A stretch of DNA of 27,280 bases from a virus, in IMG/VR virus record IMGVR_UViG_3300030035_000142, positions 1-27,280 of that record. One strand, given 5' to 3'. Both the position numbers and the translations under genes were made by a program. Positions 8,894 to 17,036 of the stretch are shown one piece after another (within the stretch, counting starts at the first letter, position 1; every line of letters begins with the position of its first letter). The notes beneath the pieces are model-generated. The model had not been told where the DNA came from. It searched no databases and worked only from the letters and a program-made list of their open reading frames with translations.

Positions 8894-8954
8894 GAATATT
8901 CTCCTTTAATGGTTGGTTGTTAATATGATTGAACTGGTAAGAAAAACTTTACTG

Positions 8955-10118
8955 TTAATTAAACCGTTGATGGACAAAGAGCTTTTCAATCGTTTTTTTT
9001 GCGTTATTATTTGCCGCAAAGTGGCACGTTTTCGCTTTCTCCCATATGGGAACGAAATCAGAAGGAGCTTTGTATTCTGAAATGAATACCGGAAAATCTC
9101 TCGTCCGGCACCACTCCCAAAAGCGATCATGGTTAAAAAGTCCGGACTTATATCTTTCCGTCCCCTCATAAGGAGGGTCGGCATAAACCACACTACCTTC
9201 CGGAATTGTTATTTCAGTATAATCTTTCCCGCTAATTGTTAATTTCTTATCCAAATAGACATCGCTTTCCAGGCTTTCCAATCTTTGCAGACGTTCCAAG
9301 CTTTCCAGGCTTTCCAGGCTTTCCAATCTTTCCAGGCGTTCCAGGCTTTGCAGATGTTGACCGTAATAATCAACGGGGTGCAAGGTTGGCAAAATCTCAC
9401 GCAGCTTTTCAAACTCTTCCCGTGTGGGGAATGCCCATTGGCTGGATCCAAAATAATGACCCGCCATTTGAGACCCCAAATGGCGGTTTACCTCCGCTTG
9501 AGTTTTCCCAGACGCTTTCAGCGCAGCGCGCAGCTCACCTCTGAGCCATTCTTCAATATTGTCAATCTGGTCCAAAATAGAAGACCTTTGTTCCTTCCTC
9601 CTTTTCAATTCAGCCCGTGCATCCCTTAAGCCCTGAATGAATTTTTTAAACCAGGCCAGACGGTCCTCTCTGTTTTCGGACATGATCATACGGAGCGCCG
9701 CCAACTTTACTGGCTCAAGGTCTGCGTTCCATAAATAACATTCACCGTGATTTCCAAATGACCATAAGAGGGCGACCGCCGCATCATGATCTTTCACGCG
9801 GTTGAACTCATCCCGATCAACAGCCCTCCGGTCACAATCTGTCAAACGCCCTGTTGCCGCACGAAAAAATAAATCAGGAAATTGCCGCTGAATATCATTG
9901 GCGATGACCCTGGGCCACTTCCCCGACCATAATGCCGCATGAGTCATGGCACACCCACCCGCGAAAAGATCAACAAATACCGGCCCTTCTGGTAAAATAT
10001 TCACCAGATCTGCGGCGATCTTATTTTTTGAGCCCATATAAGGCAATCCGAAACTGGCAGGTTTTTTTCTCGGAAGAGCGCATGGGGAGCTTAACCGTCT
10101 GGGATAAGAAGCAATCAC
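8955..10118 (-). CDS. N6-adenine DNA methyltransferase (Dam/D12-class-like) with an internal LES/LER repeat
   Basis: N-terminal LPYMGSKNKIA..., AdoMet motif VDLFAGGCAM and catalytic VYADPPY. The start is uncertain: GTG 10118 overlaps the upstream gene, and the ATG at codon 28 is an alternative. The gene is visibly more AT-rich than its flanks. Confidence 0.8.
   Translation of the reverse strand: MIASYPRRLSSPCALPRKKPASFGLPYMGSKNKIAADLVNILPEGPVFVDLFAGGCAMTHAALWSGKWPRVIANDIQRQFPDLFFRAATGRLTDCDRRAVDRDEFNRVKDHDAAVALLWSFGNHGECYLWNADLEPVKLAALRMIMSENREDRLAWFKKFIQGLRDARAELKRRKEQRSSILDQIDNIEEWLRGELRAALKASGKTQAEVNRHLGSQMAGHYFGSSQWAFPTREEFEKLREILPTLHPVDYYGQHLQSLERLERLESLESLESLERLQRLESLESDVYLDKKLTISGKDYTEITIPEGSVVYADPPYEGTERYKSGLFNHDRFWEWCRTRDFPVFISEYKAPSDFVPIWEKAKTCHFAANNNAKKTIEKLFVHQRFN
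9264..9353 (-). repeat. In-frame imperfect 9-nt tandem repeat array inside the Dam-like methyltransferase gene
   Basis: The + strand shows repeated GGCTTTCCA / AGCTTTCCA / ATCTTTCCA units. They encode LQSLERLERLESLESLESLERLQRLESLES. Confidence 0.85.
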
Positions 10119-10366
10119 CTTTCCAGTTTCCTTTCTATATTTTCTATTCTGACGGCAAGCAGCTGAATCGCCTTGGCCGTCTCGACCTGGGCCTGTGTCT
10201 GCATGGTCATCAGGTCACACAGCCGGTCATTATGGTGTCCCATGACATCCCCGATGTACCAGCAGGACGCGCCGCAAATGACCAGCGACAGCATGACGCA
10301 GGCCAACACGGGTGATGCCTTGGCAAAATCCATGAAACGCGCCGGCACTTCGGAGAGTTTGCACAT
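10115..10366 (-). CDS. Small membrane protein with a C-terminal coiled coil (i-spanin- or holin-accessory-like)
   Basis: 83 aa with an ATG start. Hydrophobic segment SPVLACVMLSLVICGASCWYI, then heptad-like QTQAQVETAKAIQLLAVRIENIERKLE. It lies next to the other small membrane protein and in the same gene block as the amidase. Confidence 0.4.
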   Translation of the reverse strand: MCKLSEVPARFMDFAKASPVLACVMLSLVICGASCWYIGDVMGHHNDRLCDLMTMQTQAQVETAKAIQLLAVRIENIERKLER

Positions 10367-10370
10367 GGTG

Positions 10371-10661
10371 TTACTTCTTGGAAGGAATTACCTGCACAAC
10401 GGGCGGAACGTCCGTTTCGGGTTGCGCCTGTGAATAGGAAATATGGCCCGGTTCCAGCACCAGGCAGGAGCCGTCCTTGCATACGACCGTCTTGTCCGGC
10501 GTTACGTCCACGGAATGGCCGCAGCCGGGTTGCGTCAGAATCCCCGCGGCAACCAAGGCCCCAATCACAGCTCCGGCAATGACTTTTGCCCAACTCTCTT
10601 TAATACCCCAACCGGTCAGGAGACCAGTCAGCCAACTCACTTTTTCTTTATTCGTACTCAT
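10371..10661 (-). CDS. Small single-pass membrane protein (holin/spanin candidate)
   Basis: I start at the internal ATG 10661 (MSTNKEKVSW...), 1 nt after the upstream gene's stop. One TM (WAKVIAGAVIGALVAAGIL) followed by QPGC. The longer 171-aa form is Arg/Trp-rich and overlaps the upstream gene. Confidence 0.4.
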   Translation of the reverse strand: MSTNKEKVSWLTGLLTGWGIKESWAKVIAGAVIGALVAAGILTQPGCGHSVDVTPDKTVVCKDGSCLVLEPGHISYSQAQPETDVPPVVQVIPSKK

Positions 10662-10662
10662 A

Positions 10663-11067
10663 TTATTTAATAGTGAAATGCTTGAAAAACGCCACCGCGG
10701 CGGGGGCGGTAATGACGAACTCCGGGTAGTCGCGGTCCGTAAAAATCCTGCGCCCGCCCTGTGGATTGACGGCTTCCACGGCCAGATACACCGCCTCCAC
10801 TCCCACAATGGGGTCATCCTCATTGACAGGATCCGGGTAATACCAATCCTGTGTTGCCCACACCTGGACGGCCTGCCAATCCTCACCCAATCCCACCAGC
10901 GCGGCCACTACGGCGGCCATGGCCGGGGTCTGGTTCGCCGGAATCTCGTCCTGCGTATAGCGGTCTATGCGGGTGTACCCTTCCTCGTCCTGGTAAATGG
11001 CCGCCAGGCCGAATTCATCCCATTGACCGGGTTTCGGGAACTGTATTTGTATCTCGGAATTATTCAT
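10663..11067 (-). CDS. Hypothetical acidic protein downstream of the fibre gene (fibre-assembly candidate by position only)
   Basis: 134-aa ORF. Its ATG overlaps the fibre stop (ATGA). No motif recognised. Confidence 0.45.
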   Translation of the reverse strand: MNNSEIQIQFPKPGQWDEFGLAAIYQDEEGYTRIDRYTQDEIPANQTPAMAAVVAALVGLGEDWQAVQVWATQDWYYPDPVNEDDPIVGVEAVYLAVEAVNPQGGRRIFTDRDYPEFVITAPAAVAFFKHFTIK

Positions 11068-13004
11068 GATTCTATCGGCACGTTAATATCTTCAAAAGCG
11101 GCGGTTGCCTCGGATTCAACGGCATTCGTTCCTATTGCGTTCAACCCGTAAAAGAGGGGGTTCACATTGCCCGGCTGGTAGTAGGCATATTCTCCGGGCC
11201 CCGCATAAACGGAAGCCGTGCCGCTGGTGGTGTTGATCACATCCGTCACCCACCTGGAAATGCCGACGCCGGTCTCAAAATTGGAGACGCCCCGGCAGGT
11301 GGCGATCTTGAACAGGTTGTTGGTCTGTGCCCCCGTGACCAGCAGCCAGAGGCCTCCCAGGTTTTCATAAACGCTGCTGTTGGCAACCGTCTGCTGCTGG
11401 TAAATAATCTTGCACACCGTCCACGGGACGGGCTCGTTTTGCGTCGCCGGGATAAAGCTGGTCGTCGTCTTGACCTGCCATCCATCGGCGGACGTCAGCG
11501 CATAAATTTCACGCACGCGCACCGTATAGCCGTTGCGCGCCGTATCGCGCACGTTGTCAAAGGTGATGTCCAGAATCTCCCCGGAATTAAATGCCAGGTC
11601 ATTGCCCGGAATAATCGTGTAGGAGTCGGTGGTAAGGTCTGTCCTGATTGTTTTCGCCCCCCGTCCGATGCCCATCGTTATCTTCGCCGCGGCCGTGGCC
11701 CGCCAGACAAATGAAAAGCCGGCCCAGGAAGAATAATTCCATTGGGAACTGGGGCCTTCAAAAGGGGCCTGAATAGTCGTGTGAGCGCCCGCGGAAATTC
11801 CTATGCGGGCCATCTGGTAGGGAACCGTTTTAGTCACCGTTGCCGTGCCGGTAGTTGTCAGCGTGTCCGTATTCAGGAAAGCCGCCGCCGTATAAGCATT
11901 GGCTGCGCCTCCCATGCCCGCGGCATACAGGCGGTTGACGCCGGATTCATTGGTCGGCGCTCCCACGGCCAGCGGGATGTTGACGCCTCCATTGGCGTTG
12001 ATGGCGCTTGAAAACGTGGATGTCCCCGCGCAGTTGAAGCTGGCGCCCTGGCTGATATTCAGGATTCCGGTCTCTACCATGAATGTCCCTCTCAGCCATC
12101 CGCCCGACCGAAGATCGACCGACTGGTAAAACCGGGTGATCCCGTAAATCTGGTTCAGCGTGCCGGCGCTTCCGCTGCCGTCCGGGTTGTTGACCACCAG
12201 AGGCCCGTTCACGGTAGCTGATTCGGCTGTCAGGGCTCCCCCGATATTCACATCGCCAACGTTGGATGTCAGAGTACCAGGATCTCCCTTTTCCCCTTGC
12301 GGCCCCTGGGGGCCTGCCGGACCTTCCGGCCCCTGGGGGCCCTCCGGGCCTTGAGGCCCCGCCGGTCCTGTATCTCCCTTCGGTCCCTGCTCCCCGGTTT
12401 CGCCCTGCGGCCCGCGTTCCCCGGTTTCGCCGCGTGGACCTTGCGGCCCTTCGGGTCCGGTTTCACCCCGTTCACCCTGCGGGCCTGACGGTCCCTGAGG
12501 ACCAACATCCCCGCGGGGAATCGTGAAATTGAGCAGATAGGATCCTGATTCAGTTCCCTTGACGGCTTCCGCGTTGGCGGGCGTCCCCGGTTCCCCGGTG
12601 GTGACCTGACCCACGGACAGATTAAAATTCTCGGCGTACTTTTTGGCCTGCTCCGCGTACCAGGCGGCGCTGGACGCGTTATCAAGCATGATTTGCACGC
12701 AGCCGCTTCCTTCCGGCAGCTGCACGACGACCGCGCCCGCCACGGCCTGCTGTTCGTCCGGCAAGTCCGGCGTCACCCGGCCCGAAGAAACAAAGCATCC
12801 GTAAAGGAACGGGCTTTCCTCGTTTCCGTCGTCCATGAAGACGTCATAGGACCACATGCCCGCAGGCACCGAAGCCCAGGAAATTACGCCATTGCCCTCG
12901 TCATCGCGTGAAAAGCCGAACTCCGTCACGCCCGTCTTGAGACGGACAGCGCCGCGCAGGGTGACGCCGCTCATATCGACGGGATCGCCCTGAAAATCCA
13001 CCAC
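11064..13004 (-). CDS. Collagen-like repeat tail fibre protein (646 aa from GTG; possible AGG start at 13070)
   Basis: About 26 uninterrupted G-X-Y triplets ([76 protein letters not shown]), flanked by a beta-rich N-domain and a ~400-aa C-terminal domain. Confidence 0.8.
   Translation of the reverse strand: MVDFQGDPVDMSGVTLRGAVRLKTGVTEFGFSRDDEGNGVISWASVPAGMWSYDVFMDDGNEESPFLYGCFVSSGRVTPDLPDEQQAVAGAVVVQLPEGSGCVQIMLDNASSAAWYAEQAKKYAENFNLSVGQVTTGEPGTPANAEAVKGTESGSYLLNFTIPRGDVGPQGPSGPQGERGETGPEGPQGPRGETGERGPQGETGEQGPKGDTGPAGPQGPEGPQGPEGPAGPQGPQGEKGDPGTLTSNVGDVNIGGALTAESATVNGPLVVNNPDGSGSAGTLNQIYGITRFYQSVDLRSGGWLRGTFMVETGILNISQGASFNCAGTSTFSSAINANGGVNIPLAVGAPTNESGVNRLYAAGMGGAANAYTAAAFLNTDTLTTTGTATVTKTVPYQMARIGISAGAHTTIQAPFEGPSSQWNYSSWAGFSFVWRATAAAKITMGIGRGAKTIRTDLTTDSYTIIPGNDLAFNSGEILDITFDNVRDTARNGYTVRVREIYALTSADGWQVKTTTSFIPATQNEPVPWTVCKIIYQQQTVANSSVYENLGGLWLLVTGAQTNNLFKIATCRGVSNFETGVGISRWVTDVINTTSGTASVYAGPGEYAYYQPGNVNPLFYGLNAIGTNAVESEATAAFEDINVPIES
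12276..12512 (-). repeat. Collagen triple-helix (G-X-Y)n coding repeat
   Basis: Read directly from the translation of residues ~165-243 of the fibre ORF. Confidence 0.9.
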
Positions 13005-13072
13005 GCGGACGACCAGGGACTGGTTCAGCCCTGTGACGGTCCGGATATCGTATTTACCTGCCTGCTGCCTGG

Positions 13073-13106
13073 AAAAAAAGAGGATGCGGGGGAGCAGCGC
13101 TCCCCC
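13073..13106 (-). terminator. GC hairpin plus T7 run between the tube and fibre genes (weak intrinsic terminator or attenuator)
   Basis: Minus-strand GGGGGAGC-GCT-GCTCCCCC (8-bp perfect stem), then GCATCCTC and TTTTTTT. The 8-nt spacer between the stem and the U-run is atypical. Confidence 0.3.
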
Positions 13107-13118
13107 TGGTGAAACACG

Positions 13119-13730
13119 TCAGGAACCCGGCACCGGCGTCACGTCCTGCACATTGGAAGGCGTGAAATTGTAGTCGCCGCGGTAATCCATTTCGAACTCG
13201 AACTGGGGTGAAGCGATCGCCGTGGTGTGTTCGGGGTCCTGCAGGAGGCGCAAATCTCCGTGCGCCACGCCCGTCAAGTACACCGTCCCCACGTCGTTCT
13301 GATACCAGAAACGGATATGTCCGGAAATTTTATTATCCCCGCCATGGCCGACGGTGGTCGATTCCTCGCCGTTGGCGGGAGCCGCCCCCAGGGCAAACGC
13401 CAGCTGGAAGTATTCGGGCGACATATCCGGCGTGGTGAAAGTCATCCGCTTGCCGGTCGTCGTGTTCTTGCGCTGCTGCCGGTAGCCAAGATTGCCTCCG
13501 TAAAAGCGCGTCACTTCCCCCTCGACCTGCGTGGCAACGGACTGGAACGCGCCCAGCAGCCCGAAACTCACCCAAGGCGCTTCGGGCCCGGCTGTCGGAT
13601 CGGCCGGAGGATTGGCGGGAGGTTCGGGATATTGGCCGGGGCCGGTAACGTAAGAGGCTCCCTCGTCCTCGGTCACCTTGATGCCGTCGGGGAGGAAAAT
13701 AGCCAGAACGCCGGTAATCTGCGGCGTCAC
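13119..13730 (-). CDS. Putative major tail (tube) protein (203 aa from GTG; possible AGG start at 13769)
   Basis: The function call rests on size and position after the head-completion genes. The frame is open back to the upstream gene's TAA. AGG GCT ACT at 13769 would give MATTYDPIFTNRNV... Confidence 0.45.
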   Translation of the reverse strand: MTPQITGVLAIFLPDGIKVTEDEGASYVTGPGQYPEPPANPPADPTAGPEAPWVSFGLLGAFQSVATQVEGEVTRFYGGNLGYRQQRKNTTTGKRMTFTTPDMSPEYFQLAFALGAAPANGEESTTVGHGGDNKISGHIRFWYQNDVGTVYLTGVAHGDLRLLQDPEHTTAIASPQFEFEMDYRGDYNFTPSNVQDVTPVPGS

Positions 13731-13784
13731 GTTGCGGTTGGTAAAGATAGGATCGTATGTAGTAGCCCTGATGCTTGAAAAAAG

Positions 13785-13982
13785 TTAGTAGATAATGGCT
13801 GCCTTGCCGTCGGCTTCCAGTTTGTCGGCGAGTTCTTTCGTAACACGGATTTCCGCCCCTTTCAAGAACGTTGAACGCCCTATGTGGGTTTTCCTGGCAA
13901 GAAAACGGATTTTCGTGTTAATGACGGCGGCCTGCTCCGTCTTTTTGTCCGGTTCGGTATTGGCGGCAGTTGCTTTGCTCAT
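13785..13982 (-). CDS. Small hypothetical protein (65 aa)
   Basis: ATG start overlapping the upstream stop (ATGA). Lys/Ala-rich. Confidence 0.45.
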   Translation of the reverse strand: MSKATAANTEPDKKTEQAAVINTKIRFLARKTHIGRSTFLKGAEIRVTKELADKLEADGKAAIIY

Positions 13983-14245
13983 TTGATGTCAACAAGGTTG
14001 AGGGTTTGCAGAGCTTCCGCGACGGGCGCGGGAAGTTCCGGAGTATCGGTTTTCATGGAGAGGCTGATGACCAGCCCTCCGTCCAGTTCGGCGCGGGTGC
14101 GAATGACCCGCACGGCCTTCTTGTCAGTTGTTTTCTTCTTTTCGTCCGGTGCGGACGGCGTTTTGCCGGCGGTTTCGGAAGATTCGTCCGGCTTCGGGAC
14201 GTTCTTCCGCACGGCCTTCTTGTCAGTTGTTGATGCTTTGTTCAT
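13979..14245 (-). CDS. Small Lys-rich hypothetical protein (88 aa) with an internal duplication
   Basis: ATG start. TTDKKAVR occurs twice, encoded by an exact 24-nt direct repeat (14109-14132 and 14208-14231). Confidence 0.45.
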   Translation of the reverse strand: MNKASTTDKKAVRKNVPKPDESSETAGKTPSAPDEKKKTTDKKAVRVIRTRAELDGGLVISLSMKTDTPELPAPVAEALQTLNLVDIK

Positions 14246-14753
14246 AGAATTCTGGCTTGGTTCTCATGTTAATATTAACCGGGACACGGTAATCCACGGT
14301 CAAAACGTTCATTTGCCGCTTCTCGCCGTCGATGACGGCGGAAGAGGAAAAACGGCCTTTGATTTTCGGTTTCATCATCGCAGGCGCGGCAAAGGGGAAA
14401 GGGTTCCAGTTCCACAGGGCTTCTTCAATTTCGTCGCCTACCGCCCGCAGGTAGTAGTCGGGCGTCAGGCATTCCGGGGGGAACAGGGCCGCGTTGTGGT
14501 AGACGGCCGCAATGATGAAATACTGCCGCCACATGGTCGGCGCTTCCGTCTGCCCGTGCCCGTCCTGGTATTCGTCCGCGTCTCCCGGACACACCAGCAC
14601 CACGCCGTTGTTGCCCATCGCCGACATGATGATGTCATTGGCGGCGTACTGGGGGTCAAAGGGCCGCTCAAAGATATGGCAGTCCAATGTTCCGAGGCTC
14701 TGCAGGCGCTCAATGATGCGCCGGCACATGGTTTGGTCAAGGGAGGGGATCAT
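14223..14753 (-). CDS. Head-tail joining / tail completion-type hypothetical protein (176 aa)
   Basis: I start at ATG 14753 (MIPSLDQTMCRR...), which overlaps the upstream stop as ATGA. The longer 211-aa form is Arg/Pro-rich. Function is positional. Confidence 0.5.
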   Translation of the reverse strand: MIPSLDQTMCRRIIERLQSLGTLDCHIFERPFDPQYAANDIIMSAMGNNGVVLVCPGDADEYQDGHGQTEAPTMWRQYFIIAAVYHNAALFPPECLTPDYYLRAVGDEIEEALWNWNPFPFAAPAMMKPKIKGRFSSSAVIDGEKRQMNVLTVDYRVPVNINMRTKPEFYEQSINN

Positions 14754-15415
14754 GATTCGTTTCCGATGTTGGCGAGGTAGGTTTCCGCGGCGCGCTGCGC
14801 CATCCGGTCCAGCGTCGGGAGAATCCCCGGCGTGGGCGGGATTGTGACTTCGCGGCACAGCACGTAGAGGACGTCCCCGGTTCTGGCGCCTTTGCTGAAC
14901 AGCTTCCGGGCCGCTTTCTTTCCGGTGGACGACTGCGCCGTCTTGAGGATGAGGACTCCGGTCACATTGCCGTTGCGTCCTCCGTTTCTGGACGGGATGA
15001 ATTGTAAATCGTCTTTGCGGAACCCGGCGCTGTAAATGCTCCGGGCCCCTCCATGCCCGCGCGGGGCGTTGATGGTGGGAATCGCGAGGTTTTGGATCGG
15101 CTGTCCCGTGATTTCCGAGGTGCGCCCGGTGGGCCGGAGCGGGCCGCCCAGATAGCCCTGCGTGCCGATCCAGTGCAGGCCGATGCCGCGCCAGGCGATG
15201 GAGACGCTGACGCCCTCGGCGGTTTCTTCCATGGAGGTGGCGTCCGCCGCGCCATCGTAGTAGTCCTTGCCCTGCTGGCGCAGGGTTTCCTGAATAAGCA
15301 GGCTGAGGGCGACGCCCGCTTTGCGGATGGCTGTTTTGTGCCGGGCCGCGGACGGCTCCATCTCGGCAAACGCCCGGTCAATCGCGGCCTGGTCGATATG
15401 GACGGTTACAGCCAT
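14750..15415 (-). CDS. Virion morphogenesis / neck-type hypothetical protein (221 aa)
   Basis: The ATG start overlaps the end of the upstream gene by 10 nt (15406-15415). Function is positional (between the head and tail modules). Confidence 0.5.
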   Translation of the reverse strand: MAVTVHIDQAAIDRAFAEMEPSAARHKTAIRKAGVALSLLIQETLRQQGKDYYDGAADATSMEETAEGVSVSIAWRGIGLHWIGTQGYLGGPLRPTGRTSEITGQPIQNLAIPTINAPRGHGGARSIYSAGFRKDDLQFIPSRNGGRNGNVTGVLILKTAQSSTGKKAARKLFSKGARTGDVLYVLCREVTIPPTPGILPTLDRMAQRAAETYLANIGNES

Positions 15416-16542
15416 TTGACGGGCAAAACGTAAGGGGTAGGCAGTTCCACGCGGAGAGCTCCGGCGACGTCTTCCACTTTTTTGACGTGCCCGGAGGTAA
15501 GGCGCCAGGTGAATTCCCCCTCTTCCTTCCGGGAGACGGGGATGAACTGGCGGGACGACGCGGCAGCCACATCAGCGGGCCGGGCGAACCAGACGCCTTC
15601 CGGTTCGGAAAACAGGCGGTCCAGCAGGCGGTCCAGGTAGAGGGATGCCAGCGTTCCGGCCACCGCTCCCCCGGCTGCCGCCAGGCGGAAGGCCTGGGCC
15701 TGCCGCAAGGGGATCTCTTCCGGGAAATCCCCGGACAGGAGTTCCGCCAGTTCCGCGTCCGTGTAAGGCCGCGTGCCGTTCGGGTCGGTATAGACAAAGG
15801 TGGTATTGCCGTCGCTTTCGTTGCTGACGCGCAGGGCGTCTTTCAGGATGCCGCGTATCTTCTTCTTGTTGGCTTCCGTCACACCCTGGGCATTGCTTTC
15901 CAGTGTGGCGTTGAAGCTGGCCGGAGCGGGACGGACGCTGGAAACGTCCAGCCCGGCAGCGCGGGCTTCTTCGGCTCCGATGGGAGCAATGTTCATTCCG
16001 GACAAGTAATCAAAGGGAGGGTAAGGCGTGCCGAACCGCGACAGACGGATCCAGATATCGGAGGACGCCAGGGCATAGCCGACGGTCTCGCCCCGGATGA
16101 ATCCGGAGGATACCGCCTCCGTGGCTTCTTCTTCCAGCCCCGCTCTGGCCCGGTTCCAGCGTTCGGCCCAATAGCGCGGGTCTTCCCTGCCCTGGGAGCG
16201 GTAAAATTTGAAGGCGGCCGTGTCTTCATCCTGCGTCCAGTTGTACCAGTTCCGGTATCCGTGAGCCATGGCCGCGTTGGTTTCCATCACGACCTGGATG
16301 CGGACCCAGGAGGACAAATCCCGAATGCCTCCCTGACCCGTCGCCGGGGGACGGTAGCCCTGCTGGCGCAGGGTTTCGCGGATGGCCTGCTGCGCTTCCT
16401 CGTAGCTCAAGGCGCCGGATGCGACTTTCGCGGCCTTGTCCTCGAAATCGGACAGGATGACGCCGGGTTCCACGCCGGACACGAAAAAGGCGCGCTCGGC
16501 GTAGTCGTTGGCGATCATCTCTCTCTGGGCGGCGGTCATCAT
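15406..16542 (-). CDS. Mu gpF / SPP1 gp7-like minor head (morphogenesis) protein, divergent
   Basis: I start at ATG 16542 (MMTAAQREMI...), an ATGA overlap with the upstream gene. Segments RIQVVMETNAAMAHGYRNW and FGTPYPPFDY loosely resemble Phage_Mu_F motifs (rTN..a...G ; PP.h..C). Confidence 0.45.
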   Translation of the reverse strand: MMTAAQREMIANDYAERAFFVSGVEPGVILSDFEDKAAKVASGALSYEEAQQAIRETLRQQGYRPPATGQGGIRDLSSWVRIQVVMETNAAMAHGYRNWYNWTQDEDTAAFKFYRSQGREDPRYWAERWNRARAGLEEEATEAVSSGFIRGETVGYALASSDIWIRLSRFGTPYPPFDYLSGMNIAPIGAEEARAAGLDVSSVRPAPASFNATLESNAQGVTEANKKKIRGILKDALRVSNESDGNTTFVYTDPNGTRPYTDAELAELLSGDFPEEIPLRQAQAFRLAAAGGAVAGTLASLYLDRLLDRLFSEPEGVWFARPADVAAASSRQFIPVSRKEEGEFTWRLTSGHVKKVEDVAGALRVELPTPYVLPVKWL

Positions 16543-17015
16543 CGGTAGGTGCTTCGCATCGGGTTGAACCAGGGCCGGCGCGTGTAGCGCGGCATCATGT
16601 AGGCGGGGTCCGCGGGAGCGGATCCGTCCACGCTTTCGGGCAGCATGTCGCCCCGGGCATAGAGAGCCAGCATCGCGTCCGCCGATTCGGCGGCCTTCTG
16701 GCGCGTCTCGGTCAGGTTGAGCTGGTAGCGCAGGTAGAGCTGCCGGATAATCAGCGGCCATGCCAGGGACCGCATGCTTTGCGGAATGTCGTACATGCCG
16801 CTGTTTTGTAGGGATTGCCGCAGGGCGAGGTTGTTGGCCAGCGCCCCGCGGATGGTCATGCAGACATCGTTGACCGCCTCCATCATGACGTCCCGGTAGT
16901 CCAGGCTGCGCTGTTCCCCGGCGGTCACCAGGGCGTCGCGTTCGGCGGTGTTGAGGCCGAGCAGACGATCAGCTTCATCGGTGGAAATCGTGGACCACGC
17001 GGGAAAGGCGGACAT
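16539..17015 (-). CDS. Head-tail connector / adaptor-type protein (158 aa)
   Basis: ATG start 21 nt after the capsid gene's stop. Position is equivalent to Mu gp36/DUF1320-like adaptors. That resemblance is from memory only. Confidence 0.45.
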   Translation of the reverse strand: MSAFPAWSTISTDEADRLLGLNTAERDALVTAGEQRSLDYRDVMMEAVNDVCMTIRGALANNLALRQSLQNSGMYDIPQSMRSLAWPLIIRQLYLRYQLNLTETRQKAAESADAMLALYARGDMLPESVDGSAPADPAYMMPRYTRRPWFNPMRSTYR

Positions 17016-17036
17016 GATGGAGGCGGACGTTGGGGG

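Noticed and set aside
9264-9353. The short tandem repeats could be mistaken for a CRISPR array.
   Set aside because: The units are 9 nt, contiguous with no spacers, in frame inside a methyltransferase CDS, and they encode a LES/LER peptide repeat.
13073-13106. Treating the GC hairpin plus T7 run as a strong rho-independent terminator that separates the tube and fibre transcription units.
   Set aside because: I kept it only as a low-confidence feature. The 8-nt spacer between the stem and the U-run is atypical. No promoter is visible for the fibre gene downstream. The T-run may instead be part of the U-rich leader of the proposed AGG start.
13005-13121. Several gene pairs are in the same frame and separated by a single stop: tube-TGA-fibre, TerS-TAA-TerL (22430-22432) and 65aa-TAA-tube (13785-13787). 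I considered stop-codon readthrough or a reassigned genetic code.
   Set aside because: TAA, TAG and TGA each terminate well-supported genes here (for example integrase TAG, amidase TAA, TMP TGA). The only tRNA has anticodon CCU, not a suppressor anticodon. Sharing a frame has a 1/3 chance per pair. Independent initiation just downstream of the stop fits better.
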